Positions 37,562 through 48,381 are shown, numbered from the stretch's first letter. The stretch: 64,000 nt of DNA from Spirochaetia bacterium (GCA_965203055.1 OZ241863.1:2144001-2208000); one strand, 5' to 3'. The notes: a model not told the origin generated them from the sequence alone. A program made the numbers and translations.

Positions 37562-38332
37562 CTACTCCGGTTCGGCGACCGCGGCGGGCGGCGGGCCGCT
37601 GCCGGCGGCGAGCAGCCGTTCCAGGACCCGCAGATCGTCCCATACCGGGCGCCGCAAGGAGGAGTCGCGGAGTACCGCGCTGGGGTGATAGGTGGCCACC
37701 AGCGGCAGGGCGTGCGGCAGGCCGCGGATCTGGTAGTGGTGCACCCGGCCGCGCAGCGCGCCGAGCGGCGCCGGCCGTCCGGTGAGCGCCTGGCTGGCGA
37801 TGCGGCCGAGGCTGAGCAGCGCGCGCGGCCGCAGCAGGCGAATCTGCCGCTGCAGGAACGGCCGGCAGGCGCGCGACTCGTCCGGCTGCGGATCGCGGTT
37901 GTCGGGCGGGCGGCACTTCACCACGTTGGTGATGAAGCAGTTCGCATCCCGCCGCAGGTCGATGGCCGCCAGCCAGCGGTCCAGATATTGGCCCGCCGGG
38001 CCGACGAACGGGCGCCCGCTGCGGTCTTCCTCACGCCCCGGCCCTTCGCCGACCACCATTACCAGCGGGCGCGCCGCCCCCTCCCCGGGCACGCTGTTGG
38101 CGCGGCCCGCGCACAACCCGCAGGCGCGGCAGGCGGCGACTTCCGCGGCCACCCGCGGCAAGCTGTCCTCGTCCGCGCCGCGCGCCGCCGGCACAGGCGC
38201 CGGCATAGCCGCCGGTGCCCGCCGCGGGCGCGGGAAGCGCACGGCCGGCGGCGCGCCGGCCGCACGCTCGCCGGTGGTGTAGTAATCCTCAAGCAGGGTC
38301 AGCAACCGCCAGAAGCGCTGGTCGCGCGTCAT
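37562..38332 (-). CDS. Uracil-DNA glycosylase family 4
   Basis: GEGPG..ED..GRPFVG, NVVKCRPP, TYHPS. Confidence 0.93.
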   Translation of the reverse strand: MTRDQRFWRLLTLLEDYYTTGERAAGAPPAVRFPRPRRAPAAMPAPVPAARGADEDSLPRVAAEVAACRACGLCAGRANSVPGEGAARPLVMVVGEGPGREEDRSGRPFVGPAGQYLDRWLAAIDLRRDANCFITNVVKCRPPDNRDPQPDESRACRPFLQRQIRLLRPRALLSLGRIASQALTGRPAPLGALRGRVHHYQIRGLPHALPLVATYHPSAVLRDSSLRRPVWDDLRVLERLLAAGSGPPPAAVAEPE

Positions 38333-39117
38333 GCCGCAACGCACGGCGGATACCACACCCGCTCCAGGAACAGCCCCCGCGCGGGCGCGGTTGGCCCCGC
38401 CTCGCCGCGCTCGCGACGCGCCAGCAGCCGGCCGACGTCGGCGGCCGGCGCGCCGCTCTCGGCGAACTCCAGCAGGGTTCCCACAATGCTGCGCACCATC
38501 CGCCAGAGGAACGAGGTGGCGACGATGCGAAACACCACGTACGGCGGGCGCGGAAAGAAGCAGGCGCTGAGCACCCGCCGCACCTTGGAGCGGCTCGGGT
38601 CGCGCGCCGCGGCGAACACCGTAAAGTCATGCTCGCCCACCAGGTACGCTGCGGCGCGGTTCAGATAGCGCAGGTCCGGACGGCGGCGCAGGTGGTAGCA
38701 GTAGCGGCGCAGATGCGGCAATCCTACGGCGCCGGCGAGAAGCTGATAATGATACGCCCGCGCCAGCGCCGCGCGGCGCGCGTCGAAATCCGCCGCCGCC
38801 GGGCGCGCCGCCAGCACGCGTACGTCGGGCGGCAGGTAGGAGTTGACGGCCACCGTCCAGCGTTCCGCCGGAAAGCTCATCGGCGCGGTGAAGTTGGCGA
38901 CCTGTCCCACGGCGTGAACGCCAGAGTCGGTGCGCCCGGCGGCGCGCACCCGCACCGGACGCTCCAACATGCGGGCCAAGCCCGCCTCCAGCGTTCCCTG
39001 TACCGTGCGCTGCCGCGGTTGCGCCTGCCAGCCGGCGAAGTCGGTGCCGTCGTAGGCCAGGGTAAGCATGACGTTGGTCTCGCCTGCGGCAAGGCGCGCC
39101 GGCGACCCGGGCGTCAC
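38329..39117 (-). CDS. truA: tRNA pseudouridine(38-40) synthase
   Basis: AYDGTDFAGWQ, AGRTDSGVHA, FLWRMVR. Confidence 0.95.
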   Translation of the reverse strand: MTPGSPARLAAGETNVMLTLAYDGTDFAGWQAQPRQRTVQGTLEAGLARMLERPVRVRAAGRTDSGVHAVGQVANFTAPMSFPAERWTVAVNSYLPPDVRVLAARPAAADFDARRAALARAYHYQLLAGAVGLPHLRRYCYHLRRRPDLRYLNRAAAYLVGEHDFTVFAAARDPSRSKVRRVLSACFFPRPPYVVFRIVATSFLWRMVRSIVGTLLEFAESGAPAADVGRLLARRERGEAGPTAPARGLFLERVWYPPCVAA

Positions 39118-39518
39118 CCGCGCTCCACCTCGGGGGCTGCCGGGCGGCGCTCGATGACGCACATGGCGATGACCGCCTCCTTTTCGTGGGACAGCGAGAT
39201 GAACACCTCGGTGCCGCCGAGGCGGTCGAGGGCCGCGCGCGCCGACCCGGCGAGGCACATCTCCGGCTTGCCGAGCGCGTTGTTCATTACCGCCATGTCA
39301 CGCAGGGAGAGGCCTGCCAGGCCCGAGCCCAGCGCCTTGCCGAACGCCTCCTTGGCGGCAAACCGGGCGGCCAGCGACAGCAAGACCGCCGCCCCGCTGC
39401 GCTTGCGGCACTGTTCCAGCTCGGCCGGATGGTAGAACCGCTCCAGCAACCCCGGAATCTGCTGCCAGCGGCGGAGCCGTTGGGGATGAACTACGTCGAT
39501 GCCGACGCCCAGGATCAC
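39114..39518 (-). CDS. acpS: Holo-ACP synthase
   Basis: GVGID, RFAAKEA..KALG, ISLSHE. Confidence 0.95.
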   Translation of the reverse strand: MILGVGIDVVHPQRLRRWQQIPGLLERFYHPAELEQCRKRSGAAVLLSLAARFAAKEAFGKALGSGLAGLSLRDMAVMNNALGKPEMCLAGSARAALDRLGGTEVFISLSHEKEAVIAMCVIERRPAAPEVERG

Positions 39519-39581
39519 CGTGTCGTCACCATGCGGGCACTACCGTAATCACGCTCACCATTGCGCGCCATCCGCCGGCCG

Positions 39582-40736
39582 TCAACCGGCGCTCACCGGC
39601 TCCACTGGCTCCGGCGCCGCCTCGCCGGCCGCATCCAGCGCCGCCGCCAGCCGTACCGCCTGGACCGCGGCCGCCACGTCGTGCACCCGCACGATGTCGG
39701 CGCCGCGCAGCAGGGCGATGGTGTTGGCCGCGGTGGTGCCCGCAAGACGTTCCTCCGGGGCCACGCCGAGGAACGACTTGCGCGACACGCCTACCAGCAC
39801 CGGGCCGAGCGCGCGCAACACCGGCAGGCCCTGCAGCAGGCGCAGATTGTCGCCGGCCCGCTTGCCGAAGCCGATACCCGGATCGACGATCAATTGACAG
39901 CGCGCGATGCCGGCGGCGAACGCGTCGTTGAGGCGCTGCTTGAGCTCGCCCAGCACCTCGCCCACGGTGTCTTCGTAGTGGACCCGCTGCTGCATGGTGC
40001 GCGGCGTGCCGCGCAGGTGCATTACCACCGCCGGCACGCCGCGGTCCGCTGCCAGGCGGCGCAGCCCGCGGTCGCGCAGTCCGGACACGTCGTTGATCAT
40101 GGCCGCGCCGGCGTCCAGGGCGGCGCGCGCCACTTCGGCCTTGGAGGTATCGATGGAAACCGGCGGCCCCCCGGCCGCGGCTACGGCTTCGACCGCCGGC
40201 ACCACCCGCCGGATCTCTTCCTCGGCGGCAACCGGCGCGGCGCCGGGACGGGTCGATTCACCCCCCACGTCGATCAGGTCGGCGCCCTGCTCCGCCATCC
40301 GCAACGCCGCCTCCACCGCCGCGGCGCCGCACCGCCGGCTCGGCGGGTAGAACGAGTCAGGGGTGGTGTTGACGATGCCCATCACCAGCGCCCGGCGGCC
40401 ATACTCCAGCGTCCCGCCGGCGACGGCGATGCTTCCGGGCAGCGGCTCCCACGCCGCCGCCAGCTCCACGCCGAACTGGCGCGTGCCAGGCTCCGCCTGC
40501 CAGCAGGCGGCCACCGCCGCCACGCAACGGCCGGCCAGCGTGGCCTGCAAAGTGGCGCCGCGCACGTGGAACTCCGCCCCGACCGCGCGCAACGCGGCGC
40601 CGGCCGCGCGGCGCTGCGCCTCGCTGAGGGCATCGATGCGAACCTGAACCAGGGGCGGCGCAACGCGTCCCGGAGCGGCCGGACGCCGGCCCCCCAGAGG
40701 GCTCACGCGCACGTTGTGAGCTACGTCGTAACGCAT
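39582..40736 (-). CDS. folP: Dihydropteroate synthase with N-terminal extension
   Basis: MGIVNTTPDSF, DVGGESTRPG, DPGIGFGK, SRKS, RVHDV. Confidence 0.94.
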   Translation of the reverse strand: MRYDVAHNVRVSPLGGRRPAAPGRVAPPLVQVRIDALSEAQRRAAGAALRAVGAEFHVRGATLQATLAGRCVAAVAACWQAEPGTRQFGVELAAAWEPLPGSIAVAGGTLEYGRRALVMGIVNTTPDSFYPPSRRCGAAAVEAALRMAEQGADLIDVGGESTRPGAAPVAAEEEIRRVVPAVEAVAAAGGPPVSIDTSKAEVARAALDAGAAMINDVSGLRDRGLRRLAADRGVPAVVMHLRGTPRTMQQRVHYEDTVGEVLGELKQRLNDAFAAGIARCQLIVDPGIGFGKRAGDNLRLLQGLPVLRALGPVLVGVSRKSFLGVAPEERLAGTTAANTIALLRGADIVRVHDVAAAVQAVRLAAALDAAGEAAPEPVEPVSAG

Positions 40737-40770
40737 TCGACACGGCTCCTACCCGGCAGCGCCGAGTACC

Positions 40771-40860
40771 CTACTTCTTCTTGTGGCGGTTCTTTCGCAG
40801 TTTCTTCTTGCGCTTATGAGTGGCTATCTTGTGACGCTTACGCTTTCGCCCACACGGCAT
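40771..40860 (-). CDS. AURKAIP1/COX24-domain (bS22/mS38-like) small basic ribosomal protein, not in ORF track
   Basis: MPCGRKRKRHKIATHKRKKKLRKNRHKKK (29 aa), GGGAG RBS upstream. Confidence 0.85.
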   Translation of the reverse strand: MPCGRKRKRHKIATHKRKKKLRKNRHKKK

Positions 40861-41041
40861 CTGGCAGATACTCCCAAAATCGTCGTAACGAGAATTGTCG
40901 TAACGAATTGTGCGGCCGCGGGACCCACGACCCGCGCCGCGCCGTCACGGTCCACCGGGCGGTACGCTGCGCGGCGCCACTATCGCGCTTGCGCGGGCGC
41001 GCTGTCAAGTCGATCCCGACCGGCCGCGGCGTGGCGGAGTC

Positions 41042-42265
41042 TCAGCCGCGGTAGACGCGGGTGTCCGGGCGGAACGCGGCCCACGAGAACCAGAAGTGGT
41101 TCACGCTCACCACCGGACGCAGCCTGCTGCCCGCGAGCGGCCCGGCAGTCGCTGCGCCAAGCAGATTCCACGAGCTGGAGGTCTGCCGGTCGCGGATCCC
41201 GGCCCCGTCCCACTCGAACTCCAGGACGCGGCCGTCCAGCTCCCGGCTGAAGGCCGCGCCGGTGCCGACGTCGCGGCCGGCGGCGATGCTGGCCGAGTCG
41301 AGCGCGGAGGCGGTGCCCGCCTGCCAGAACACCGCGACCGCCTGCCCGGCCACCGTATCGTTGATCACCAGGCGCTCGGCCAGCACTTCGTACGGGTAGG
41401 CCACGGTGTCGCCATCCAGGTCCACCGACAACACCCGCGCCAGCGGCCGCAGCGCCGCCGGCGTGCGCGGTCCGCGGTAGAGGAACGGCGTGTTGTTCAC
41501 GTTGTCGTAGCCGGCGTAGGGATTGCGCCCATAGGCGCGCTGGTAGCCGGTATCGCGCGACAGCACCTCGGCGTGCGGGTAGCTGGCGCGGAACTCCTCC
41601 CAACTGATGATGTTGGCCGGATAGAACTCCAGCCGGCTGCCGGCGTAGCGGCCGGCGATCGCCTCACCGGTAGCCTGCTGCCACCAAGTCTCGGTCTGCC
41701 GGTCGTACATGATCAGGTTGCTGTAGCGCAGCCGCCCGGTGGTGCCGAAGTCGAGTATCTGCCCGTCGAACTCGCGCTTGAAGCCGATGGCGGTGTTGCA
41801 CAGCGGGCAGAACGTGACGGTGACGGGCACCCCGCCCACCTCGTCGTTGACGATCTCGTGCCAGGTAAGCACCTGCAGCGGGTAGGCCTTGGCCGTCTCG
41901 CCGACCTCCACCAGCACCACCGGTTCCTGCGCTCCGAGCCACGCCGCGGCGGCCTCGGCGGTGACGAAGCGAGGGGCGTCGAGCGCCGGAATCCCATCCT
42001 TGGGCGGTCCGCCGGAGAGAACTTCGGCGTAGGGCACGGTATGCCGGCTGAAGTCGGTGCGGAACTCCCGCGCCGCGCCGCGCGGCGGCGCCTCCTCCTC
42101 GAGCAGCGCCGGCGCCGGGGCGGCGGTGCCCGGGCGCGGCGCGGCGCCGGCCGGCGCTGCGCCGCCCGCCAGCAGCGCCAGGGCGAACAGCGGCAGCCCG
42201 CAGGCCCGAAACCAGCGGCCGGCGGGCGAAGCCGCGGCAACGCTTGTCGTCGTCGTACGTCTCAC
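41042..42265 (-). CDS. DUF3179-domain exported protein
   Basis: GGPPKDGIPAL, WHEIVND, TFCPLC, SNLIMYDRQT, FWFSW. Confidence 0.88.
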   Translation of the reverse strand: MRRTTTTSVAAASPAGRWFRACGLPLFALALLAGGAAPAGAAPRPGTAAPAPALLEEEAPPRGAAREFRTDFSRHTVPYAEVLSGGPPKDGIPALDAPRFVTAEAAAAWLGAQEPVVLVEVGETAKAYPLQVLTWHEIVNDEVGGVPVTVTFCPLCNTAIGFKREFDGQILDFGTTGRLRYSNLIMYDRQTETWWQQATGEAIAGRYAGSRLEFYPANIISWEEFRASYPHAEVLSRDTGYQRAYGRNPYAGYDNVNNTPFLYRGPRTPAALRPLARVLSVDLDGDTVAYPYEVLAERLVINDTVAGQAVAVFWQAGTASALDSASIAAGRDVGTGAAFSRELDGRVLEFEWDGAGIRDRQTSSSWNLLGAATAGPLAGSRLRPVVSVNHFWFSWAAFRPDTRVYRG

Positions 42266-42412
42266 GGAGTGACGAAAGCCTACTCAAGCGCCGCCGGGAT
42301 TGCAAACGCACCGAGCATGCATGACAAAGACCTGCAACCAGCCACCCAAGCCAACCCGGCCGCGGCAGTTGACCAAGTGACGGTCGCGTTGAGATATTCC
42401 GTTTGCCTGCGA

Positions 42413-42484
<72 letters not shown>

Positions 42485-42662
42485 TACCGCCAGCCATTCG
42501 ATCACCTCATCGGCACCACTGCCCGGCGCAGCGCGGCTCCTGCGGGGGCGGCAGCGTCCCGCCGCGGCGGGACGCCGGGAACTCGTGCGCCCGCGCTGCT
42601 GCCGATATTGGAAGTATGCCCCGTAACGGTACGCCGTAGCGGGGGCCCGCGCAGGCCCGGCG

Positions 42663-44108
42663 ATGAGAGGACGGCACATTCACTTGGTAGGGGCGAAGGG
42701 CACGGGGATGGCGGCCCTGGCCGAGATCCTGGCCGCGCGCGGCGCGTTGCTGAGCGGCTCGGACGTGGCCGACACCTTCCAGACCCAGGAGATTCTGGAT
42801 CGCCTGGGTCTGCGCCCCGGCGTCGGCTTTGCCGCCGCCGACCTGCCGGCGGACACCGATTGGGTGATTCATTCGGCCGCCTACGAACGCGGCGAGAATC
42901 CGCAACTGGTGGCCGCCGCGGCGCGCGGGATCCCGCTCTCCAGCTACCCCGAAGCGCTGGGCGAACTGTCCCGCGCGGCGACCTCGGTGGCGATTGCCGG
43001 GGTCCACGGCAAGACCACTACCACCGCGCTCTGCGGCCTGCTGGCGGCCGCCCTCGAGCTTCCGGCCACCGTGCTGACCGCCACCGGCGTGCCCAACTTC
43101 GGCGGCGGCGCTACCCTGCAGCTCGGTTCCACCTACCTGGTGGCGGAGACCTGCGAGTACCGAAGCCACTTCGCCAACTTTCAGGCGCGCCACCTGGTGA
43201 TCACGACGGTGGAGTTGGAGCACGTGGACGCGTTTCCGACGCGCGCCGCGGTGGAGGCCGCCTTCCTCGGCTTCGCCGGCTCGCTGCCGGCCGGGGGGTG
43301 CCTCATCTACTGCGCCGACGACCCCGGCGCGGCGCAGGTGGCGGCGGCGGTCGCCGGGCGGCGCCCCGACATCCGGCTGCGCCCCTACGGCGAGCGCGCG
43401 GCCGGCCCGCTGCGGATCAGCGGCGTGACGCTGGCGCCCGGCGCCACCCGCTTCCGCCTGGATTGCCTGCCGGACCCGATCACGCTGCGCGTCCCCGGGC
43501 GCCACAACACGGCCAACGCGGCCGCCGCGGTAGCGGCCGCCATGCTGTTGCTGGAGGAGGAGGGGCGCCCGCCGGACCGGGCCGCGCAGAGGGCCATGAC
43601 CCGCGCGCTGGCCGACTACCGCGGCGGCAAGCGGCGTACGGAACTGGTCGGCGAGTGCCGCGGCGTCCTGATCATGGACGACTACGCGCATCACCCCACC
43701 GAGTTGACCACCACGCTGGCCGGTCTGCGCGCGTTCTATCCCGGGCGCCGGATCGTGGTGGACTTCATGAGCCACACCGTCTCCCGCACGCTGGCGCTGC
43801 TGGCCGACTTCGGCGCCGCGTTCGCGGCCGCCGACGAGGTGCTCCTGCATCCGGTCTACGGCTCCGCGCGGGAGGAGGGGGCTGCAGCCGCGGCCGGCGC
43901 GCGCGCCGGCCGCGCGCTGTTCCGCGCGGTGGCGCGCCATCATCCGCGGGCGCGCTACTGCGAGACGCCGGACGCCGCCGCGGCCTACCTGGCCGCCACC
44001 CTGGGCCGCGGCGACCTGCTGGTCACCATGGGCGCGGGGGACAACTGGCGCGTCGGGCGCGAGGCGCTGCGGCGGCTGCGGCGCGCCGCCCGCGGAGGCG
44101 GCGGATGA
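42663..44108 (+). CDS. murC: UDP-N-acetylmuramate--L-alanine ligase
   Basis: GAKGTGM, GSD, GVHGKTTT, DDYAHHPTE, MGAG. Confidence 0.94.
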   Translation: MRGRHIHLVGAKGTGMAALAEILAARGALLSGSDVADTFQTQEILDRLGLRPGVGFAAADLPADTDWVIHSAAYERGENPQLVAAAARGIPLSSYPEALGELSRAATSVAIAGVHGKTTTTALCGLLAAALELPATVLTATGVPNFGGGATLQLGSTYLVAETCEYRSHFANFQARHLVITTVELEHVDAFPTRAAVEAAFLGFAGSLPAGGCLIYCADDPGAAQVAAAVAGRRPDIRLRPYGERAAGPLRISGVTLAPGATRFRLDCLPDPITLRVPGRHNTANAAAAVAAAMLLLEEEGRPPDRAAQRAMTRALADYRGGKRRTELVGECRGVLIMDDYAHHPTELTTTLAGLRAFYPGRRIVVDFMSHTVSRTLALLADFGAAFAAADEVLLHPVYGSAREEGAAAAAGARAGRALFRAVARHHPRARYCETPDAAAAYLAATLGRGDLLVTMGAGDNWRVGREALRRLRRAARGGGG

Positions 44109-44965
44109 AGAGCATGACCGGCTTTGGCCGCGCCGAGCACGCCGCGCCGCGGTGGCGCATAAGCGTGGAGATCAAGTCCTACAACAGCCGCTTCCTGGAG
44201 ACCAGTCTCAGCGTCCCGGCGGGCTTCGCGGAGTTGGAACCGCGCCTGCGCAGCGCGGTCGCGGAACGGGTGGCGCGCGGGCGCGTCGAACTGTCGCTGG
44301 CGCTGCAGGATCTGACCGATGCGCTGCAGGTGACCGTCGATACCGCCTCCGCGCGGGCCTACTTCGCGGCGCTGCAGGATCTGGCGGCGCTGGTCGGCGG
44401 CGGTCCGGTGACCTTGGGCCACCTGTTGGCCGTGGGCGGATTCTTCGGCGAGCAGCGCGCGCCGCGGGTCGAGGAAGCGTGGCGCGAATGCCAGCTACCG
44501 CTGCGGCAGGCGTTCGCCCGGCTGGAGGCCGCGCGCGCCCGCGACGGCGCCGTGACCGCCGAGGATCTGGCCCGGCTGCTGGCGCTGCTCGAGGAAGAGG
44601 TGGGCGTCATTGAACGCGAGGCGCCCCCGGCGGCGCAACGCATGCACGCCGCGATGGCGGCCCGGGTACGTGAATTGCTGGCCGAGTCGGTGGACGAGGG
44701 CCGGCTGATCGCGGCGCTGGCTGCGGTCCTCGCCAAGGCCGACGTCAACGAAGAACTGGTGCGGTTGCGCGGCCATCTGGACGCGTTCCGGCACGCGCTT
44801 GGCGCCGGCGAACCCGCCAAGAAGCTGGAGTTCATCTGTCAGGAAATGATGCGCGAGGTCAACACGATCGCCGCCAAGGGTTCCGCCTACGCCATGAGCG
44901 CCGCGGCGGTGCGGGCCAAGACCGCCATCGAGCGCATGCGCGAGCACCTGCGCAACGTCGAGTAG
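44105..44965 (+). CDS. YicC/YloC family endoribonuclease
   Basis: MKSMTGFG, EIKSYNSRFLE, EELVRL, QEMMREVNT. Confidence 0.93.
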   Translation: MKSMTGFGRAEHAAPRWRISVEIKSYNSRFLETSLSVPAGFAELEPRLRSAVAERVARGRVELSLALQDLTDALQVTVDTASARAYFAALQDLAALVGGGPVTLGHLLAVGGFFGEQRAPRVEEAWRECQLPLRQAFARLEAARARDGAVTAEDLARLLALLEEEVGVIEREAPPAAQRMHAAMAARVRELLAESVDEGRLIAALAAVLAKADVNEELVRLRGHLDAFRHALGAGEPAKKLEFICQEMMREVNTIAAKGSAYAMSAAAVRAKTAIERMREHLRNVE

Positions 44966-45489
44966 TGCGCATCGCGATCTCCGGCAAGAGCGGGTGCGGG
45001 AACTCCACCGTGTCGCGCCTGGTGGCGCGGCGCCTTGGCCTGCGGTTGATCAACTTCACCTTCAAGGACCTGGCGGCGGAGTATCGGGTCAGCTTCGCCG
45101 AGCTGCACCGGCGGGCGGCGCACGACCCCTCGATCGACCGCCTCCTGGACCGGCGCCAACTGGCCGCGGCCGCGGCCGGTAACTGCGTGCTCGGTTCGCG
45201 GCTCGCCATCTGGTTGCTCGAGGACGCCGACCTGAAGGTGTATCTGGCGGGAGAGCCGCACGTACGGGCGCGGCGCATCGCGCGGCGCGAGGGCATACCG
45301 TACGCCGCGGCGCTGGCCGCCATGAACGCCCGCGACGACCAGGACCGCGCGCGTTACCTCGAGCGCTACGCCATCGACATCGACCGCTGCGAGCACGCCG
45401 ATCTGACGTTGGACACGGCAAGCCGGGACCAGTTCCAGGTGGCATCTGCCATCGTGGCCGCGGCCGAGGTACCCGACTGCGGCGAATAG
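44965..45489 (+). CDS. cmk: Cytidylate kinase-like (archaeal-type) P-loop kinase
   Basis: ISGKSGCGNSTVS, GSRLAIW, D..RY..RYAID. Confidence 0.8.
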   Translation: MRIAISGKSGCGNSTVSRLVARRLGLRLINFTFKDLAAEYRVSFAELHRRAAHDPSIDRLLDRRQLAAAAAGNCVLGSRLAIWLLEDADLKVYLAGEPHVRARRIARREGIPYAAALAAMNARDDQDRARYLERYAIDIDRCEHADLTLDTASRDQFQVASAIVAAAEVPDCGE

Positions 45490-45504
45490 CGATATTGTAT
45501 AGTC

Positions 45505-45696
45505 GTGATACTGCCACTCACGCTGCTCGTCCGCAACGTAGACAACCGCTACGAGCTCGCCGCCGCGGCCATGCGCCGGGCCCATCATCTCACGATCATC
45601 GGCGATGACGACGTGGAGACCAACCGCGGCAAGGTGGTCTCCACCGCCGTCAAGCAGATCCTCACCCGCAAGGTAAAGTACGAGATCGAACGGTAG
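45505..45696 (+). CDS. rpoZ: RNA polymerase omega subunit
   Basis: NRYELAAAAMRRA..KVVSTAV; position between yicC cluster and miaA. Confidence 0.8.
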   Translation: MILPLTLLVRNVDNRYELAAAAMRRAHHLTIIGDDDVETNRGKVVSTAVKQILTRKVKYEIER

Positions 45697-45727
45697 CGGC
45701 TCGGAGGGCGGGCGGCAGCAGCCGCCG

Positions 45728-46687
45728 GTGGCGTTGCTGATCGGCGCCACCGCGGTCGGCAAGTCGGCGCTGCTGCAGGAGCTGGCCGAGCGCCTGGAGG
45801 CCTGCCGCGTCGAGGTAATCAACGCCGACTCACGCCAAGTGTACCGCGGCCTGGACATCGGCACGGCCAAGCCGCCGCCCGGGCTGCGCCGCCGGGTGCC
45901 GCACCACTTGATCGACGTCGCCGCGCCCGAGGCGCAGTTCACGGCCGGCGACTTCGTGCGCGCCGCGCACCGCCTGGTGGCCGACATCCACCGGCGCGGC
46001 GGGCTGCCGTTGATCGCCGGCGGCGCGGCGTTCTACCTCTGGTCGTTCCTGCACGGTCTGCCGGCGGCGCCGCCGGCAGACCCGGAGTTGCGCGGGAAGC
46101 TGCAGCAGCGCGCCCGCCGCGAGGGAGCGGACGCGCTGCACCGCGAGTTGGCGCTGCGCGATCCCGCGGCCGCGGCCCGGCTTCCCGCCGCAGACACCAA
46201 CCGCGTGGTGCGCGCCCTGGAGGTATACCGGCTCAGCGGACGACCCTGGTCGACCTTCCGCCCCCCGCAGGCCATGCGCCGCGACTACCCGCTGCTCATA
46301 CTGGGGCTGCAGCGCGAGCGGCCCGCCCTGTATGCCCGCATCGACCGGCGGGTAGAGCAGATGTTCCGCGCCGGGCTGGCCGCCGAGGTGGCGGCGTTGC
46401 GCGCCCGCGGCTACCACGCCGGCACCCCCGGCCTGCGCAGCATCGGCTACGCCGAGTTCTTCCACGAGCCCGCGCCGGCGGCGCGGCGCGCGCTGATTCA
46501 GCGCAACACCCGCCGCTTCGCCAAGCGGCAGATCACCTTCTTTCGCCGCTTCCCGGAGGTGCGCTGGTACCACGCCGACGACGCGCGCGGCGTGGCGGCT
46601 GCCCTGCAGAGCTTCCTCCGCGGCGCGCCGGCGGCACCGCCGGCGGAGGTCCCGCTCAGCCGCTCTTGCCGGCCTTCGGGGCGGTAA
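45728..46687 (+). CDS. miaA: tRNA dimethylallyltransferase
   Basis: GATAVGKS, DSRQVYRGLDIGTAKP, HHLID, AKRQITF. Confidence 0.95.
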   Translation: MALLIGATAVGKSALLQELAERLEACRVEVINADSRQVYRGLDIGTAKPPPGLRRRVPHHLIDVAAPEAQFTAGDFVRAAHRLVADIHRRGGLPLIAGGAAFYLWSFLHGLPAAPPADPELRGKLQQRARREGADALHRELALRDPAAAARLPAADTNRVVRALEVYRLSGRPWSTFRPPQAMRRDYPLLILGLQRERPALYARIDRRVEQMFRAGLAAEVAALRARGYHAGTPGLRSIGYAEFFHEPAPAARRALIQRNTRRFAKRQITFFRRFPEVRWYHADDARGVAAALQSFLRGAPAAPPAEVPLSRSCRPSGR

Positions 46688-47471
46688 TGGTCCGGGTCAG
46701 AATCGCGAACGCCTCGTCGACGTCGTCCACCAGATGGATCAGCTTCCGGTCTTCGGCGCTGATCGTGCCCCACTCCAGGAGCTTCTCGAAGTTCACTACG
46801 TCGTTCCAGTATTCGCGCCCGTAGACGATCACCTCCACCGGGCGCTGCACCTTGCGGGTCTGCAGCAGCGTCAACACCTCGAACAATTCGTCCATGGTGC
46901 CGTAGCCGCCGGGGAACACCACCAACGCGCGCGCCAGATACATGAACCAGAACTTGCGCATGAAGAAGTAATGGAACTCCACCGCCAGCCCCGGGCTGAT
47001 GTAGCGGTTGGGCAGCGGCTCATGCGGCAGGCTGATGGTCAGTCCGACGCTCTGGCCGCCGGCCTCGGCGGCGCCGCGGTTGGCCGCCTCCATCATCCCG
47101 GGACCGCCCCCGGAGCACACCACCAGTTCGCCTTCCGCGCCGGACTCCTTGGTCCACGAGGTTACCTTGCGGGCCAGCGCGCGGGCGTCTTCGTAGTAGG
47201 CGGCGAGGCGGATCTGGCGTTGCGCGTGGCGCATCTCGGCGCGCCCGGCGCCGGAGCGGCGGCCGGAAGCGAGCGCGCCGTAGCGCTCTTCCGCCTCCGC
47301 CAGCGAGCGGGCGCTGGTGGAACCGAAGAACACGATGGCGCTGCGGATCCGGCGGCGGCGCAGGCGCGCCTGCGGCTCCAGGTACTCGGACAGAATGCGC
47401 AGCTCGCGCGCGTCGCGGCTGCGCAGAAACGGCAGGTTCTCATATGCCTTCTTGATGCTGGAATCAGCCAT
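46656..47471 (-). CDS. LOG family (TIGR00730-like) protein
   Basis: [31 protein letters not shown]. Confidence 0.92.
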   Translation of the reverse strand: MADSSIKKAYENLPFLRSRDARELRILSEYLEPQARLRRRRIRSAIVFFGSTSARSLAEAEERYGALASGRRSGAGRAEMRHAQRQIRLAAYYEDARALARKVTSWTKESGAEGELVVCSGGGPGMMEAANRGAAEAGGQSVGLTISLPHEPLPNRYISPGLAVEFHYFFMRKFWFMYLARALVVFPGGYGTMDELFEVLTLLQTRKVQRPVEVIVYGREYWNDVVNFEKLLEWGTISAEDRKLIHLVDDVDEAFAILTRTITAPKAGKSG

Positions 47472-48381
47472 GGGTGGGAAGCGCCCTCCTGGCGCCGGTC
47501 GGCTCCGGTCCGAGGCCCGCGAGCACCTCGCGCATGGTCTCGCCGATCGCCGCGGGTGACTCGACCACCGCGGCGCCGGCCGCGCGCAGCGCCTGCTGCT
47601 TGGCGCGGGCGGTGCCGGCGGCGCCCGCTATGATCGCCCCCGCATGCCCCATGCGGCGTCCGGGCGGGGCGCTCGCGCCGGCGATGAAGGCCACCACCGG
47701 CTTGCTCATGGCGGTGACGTACTCCGCCGCCTCCTGTTCCGCGGTACCGCCGATCTCGCCGATCAGCACCACCGCCCGGGTCGCCGGATCGGCCTCGAAC
47801 AACTCCAGCGCCTCCCGCTGCGAGGTGCCGATCACCGGGTCGCCGCCAACCCCTACGCTCCCCGACTGCCCGATTCCGAGGCGCGTCAACTGGTCCACCG
47901 CCTCGTAGACCAGGGTGCCGGAGCGGGAGATCACGCCCACCTCGCCCGGCCGGTAGACCGCGGGCGGCATGATGCCGGCCCGAGCGCGGAACTTGGGCGC
48001 GATGACGCCGGGGCAGTTGGGGCCGACCAGCCGGGTCCCGCTACCCCGCAGGCAGCGCTTGACCTGCACCATGTCGCGGGTGGGGACGTACTCGGTGATG
48101 CAGATCACCACCGGGACGCCGGCGTCGGCGGCTTCCAGAATGGCGTCCGCGGCATGCGGGGCGGGGACGAAGATCAGCGCCACGTTGGCTCCCTGCTCCG
48201 CCGCGGCCGCGCGTACCGTGTCGTACACCGGCGTGTCCTCCAGCCGCTGGCCGCCGCGCCCGGGGGTGACGGCCGCCACCACCTTGGTGCCGTAGGCGCG
48301 GCTGATACGCGCCTGAAGCTGGCCGGCGCGGCCGAATCCCTGGATCAGGATGCGGCTCGATCGGTTCAGCAATACCGCCAC
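47464..48381 (-). CDS. sucD: Succinyl-CoA synthetase alpha subunit
   Basis: GPNCPG, SRSGTL, GEIGG, RMGHAGA. Confidence 0.95.
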   Translation of the reverse strand: MAVLLNRSSRILIQGFGRAGQLQARISRAYGTKVVAAVTPGRGGQRLEDTPVYDTVRAAAAEQGANVALIFVPAPHAADAILEAADAGVPVVICITEYVPTRDMVQVKRCLRGSGTRLVGPNCPGVIAPKFRARAGIMPPAVYRPGEVGVISRSGTLVYEAVDQLTRLGIGQSGSVGVGGDPVIGTSQREALELFEADPATRAVVLIGEIGGTAEQEAAEYVTAMSKPVVAFIAGASAPPGRRMGHAGAIIAGAAGTARAKQQALRAAGAAVVESPAAIGETMREVLAGLGPEPTGARRALPTHG

